A stretch of DNA of 24,290 nucleotides, from IMG/VR virus record IMGVR_UViG_3300050158_000060, positions 1-24,290 of that record, one strand, 5' to 3'. The position numbers and the translations under genes are program-made. A model generated the notes under the pieces. The model was not told where the DNA came from. It saw only the letters and a program-made list of their open reading frames with translations, and searched no databases. This stretch comes from a virus (Duplodnaviria; Caudoviricetes). Every line of letters starts with the position of its first letter. Positions within the stretch are counted from its first letter, which is position 1. Shown here piece by piece: positions 23,439 through 24,290 of this stretch.

Positions 23439-23902
23439 CACTTGCCCCGCTTGAATAAAGTGCGGTCGGCCACGTAGATGCCCAGGGCCGAGCCGGCCAG
23501 CGCCCAAGCGTTGTCAGACATGGCCACAAGGGCGAAGGCATCACACACCACCAGCGCGATACTGACCGTGGCCAGGCCGGGGCGGATAGCGCCGTTCCAT
23601 GCGTCCACGAACTTGACGCCCGATGACTTGCCGGTCAACTCCACCGCAGTGTTGAACGCCGCGCCATCAAGCCGGCCCAGGTCTGCCTCGGCCTGCACCT
23701 GAATTGTCTTGACGCCCAGGTCAGCCTGCACCTTGATGGCTTCCAGATTGCGCGCGTGCTGCGCTGCGTCGAGCTCGCCCTGCAACTTCATGCGTTCGAT
23801 CTCGAAACTGTGATCCTGGCGCGCGGTGATCCACGCGCTGACCTCGCCCCAGACCGAGCGGAACAGGCCGCCCCCGAAAAATGACAGCAGTGCCGTGATC
23901 AT
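23438..23902 (-). CDS. Putative holin (similar to the GTA 3TM holin family)
   Basis: 154 aa; amphipathic N-terminus, coiled coil, FVDAWNGAIRP then two hydrophobic helices and a basic tail DRTLFKRGK; directly upstream of the lysozyme. Confidence 0.6.
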   Translation of the reverse strand: MITALLSFFGGGLFRSVWGEVSAWITARQDHSFEIERMKLQGELDAAQHARNLEAIKVQADLGVKTIQVQAEADLGRLDGAAFNTAVELTGKSSGVKFVDAWNGAIRPGLATVSIALVVCDAFALVAMSDNAWALAGSALGIYVADRTLFKRGK

Positions 23903-24171
23903 GGTGTGCCCCTCACTGACAGGTGATTGATAGCCCACGTCAGCAGGCCGCCGAAGACTGAGCCCGCGCCGCCCAGCAGCATCATGAAACGCCAGCCGCC
24001 GCGCGCTTCGGTGAGCGTGTCGGCGACGCGGTCCACTTTGCCGCCCAGCGTCTCGATCATCTTTTTGAGCTCGCCCAGTTCACGCCCCTGGGCCTCGACC
24101 TTAGTCTCCAGCACGGCGATGGCGATGTGCGCCTGGCTTAAGGCTTCTTGATTGAAAGTACCATCGCTCAC
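23899..24171 (-). CDS. Coiled-coil protein with C-terminal TM helix (lysis-cassette accessory, XhlA/holin-like)
   Basis: 90 aa; IAVLETKVEAQGRELGELKKMIETLGGKVD coiled coil, then GGWRFMMLLGGAGSVFGGLLTWAI. Confidence 0.65.
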   Translation of the reverse strand: MSDGTFNQEALSQAHIAIAVLETKVEAQGRELGELKKMIETLGGKVDRVADTLTEARGGWRFMMLLGGAGSVFGGLLTWAINHLSVRGTP

Positions 24172-24290
24172 AGTTGGGCCGCCTGTTCAAAAAGCGCGTC
24201 GATCTGTGCATCAGTCAGGCCCAGCGCCGCGCCGACGGACGCCACCAGGGGATTGCTGCGCTCTACCGTGGGCGACGTGGCCCAGACCAC
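24168..24290 (-). CDS. C-terminus of a tail-fibre assembly/chaperone-like protein (partial)
   Basis: VVWATSPTVERSNPLVASVGAALGLTDAQIDALFEQAAQL*; the W..R..PLV....LGLTD.QID.LF..AA.L ending is common in genes that follow tail fibres. Confidence 0.7.
   Translation of the reverse strand: MVWATSPTVERSNPLVASVGAALGLTDAQIDALFEQAAQL

Noticed and set aside
1-24290. Diversity-generating retroelement, expected from the BPP-1-like layout
   Set aside because: No reverse transcriptase or TR/VR repeat pair is visible. The tail-fibre region lies beyond the right edge, so this cannot be assessed here.

Overview
The whole window is part of one temperate, GC-rich, podovirus-type phage with a Bordetella BPP-1-like layout. 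The host is probably a betaproteobacterium (inference). On the minus strand at left is a packaging/head block: TerS, TerL, a cupin-like protein, portal, a capsid-staple-like protein, a 124-aa fibre-like protein, and a >728-aa ORF that the ORF track missed because it runs off the left edge. That ORF reads as a GH16-like domain, an Ig-like (He_PIG-type) segment and a ConA/LamG-like domain. Next come an iteron-like inverted repeat array, a Prim-Pol/VirE primase-helicase and a divergent cro/repressor switch. The rightward early/replication block holds a beta-clamp-like fragment, DUF2800 nuclease, DUF2815 SSB, a structured intergenic RNA, a family A DNA polymerase with Leu at the 762-equivalent position, HNH, VRR-NUC, SNF2 helicase and an Xis-like protein. 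An intact attP (3' half of tRNA-Lys(CTT), arm repeats, terminator) and a tyrosine integrase follow, then a convergent lysis cassette and the end of a tail-fibre-chaperone-like gene. Phage genes flank both sides of attP, so this is the excised/free form. The most notable items are the glycan-active candidate head appendage, a 16-bp palindromic operator (TTTAYC-N4-GRTAAA) in seven copies including one inside the primase gene, and a C4-like multi-stem RNA that buries the DNA polymerase initiation region. All calls come from reading motifs by eye; no searches were run.
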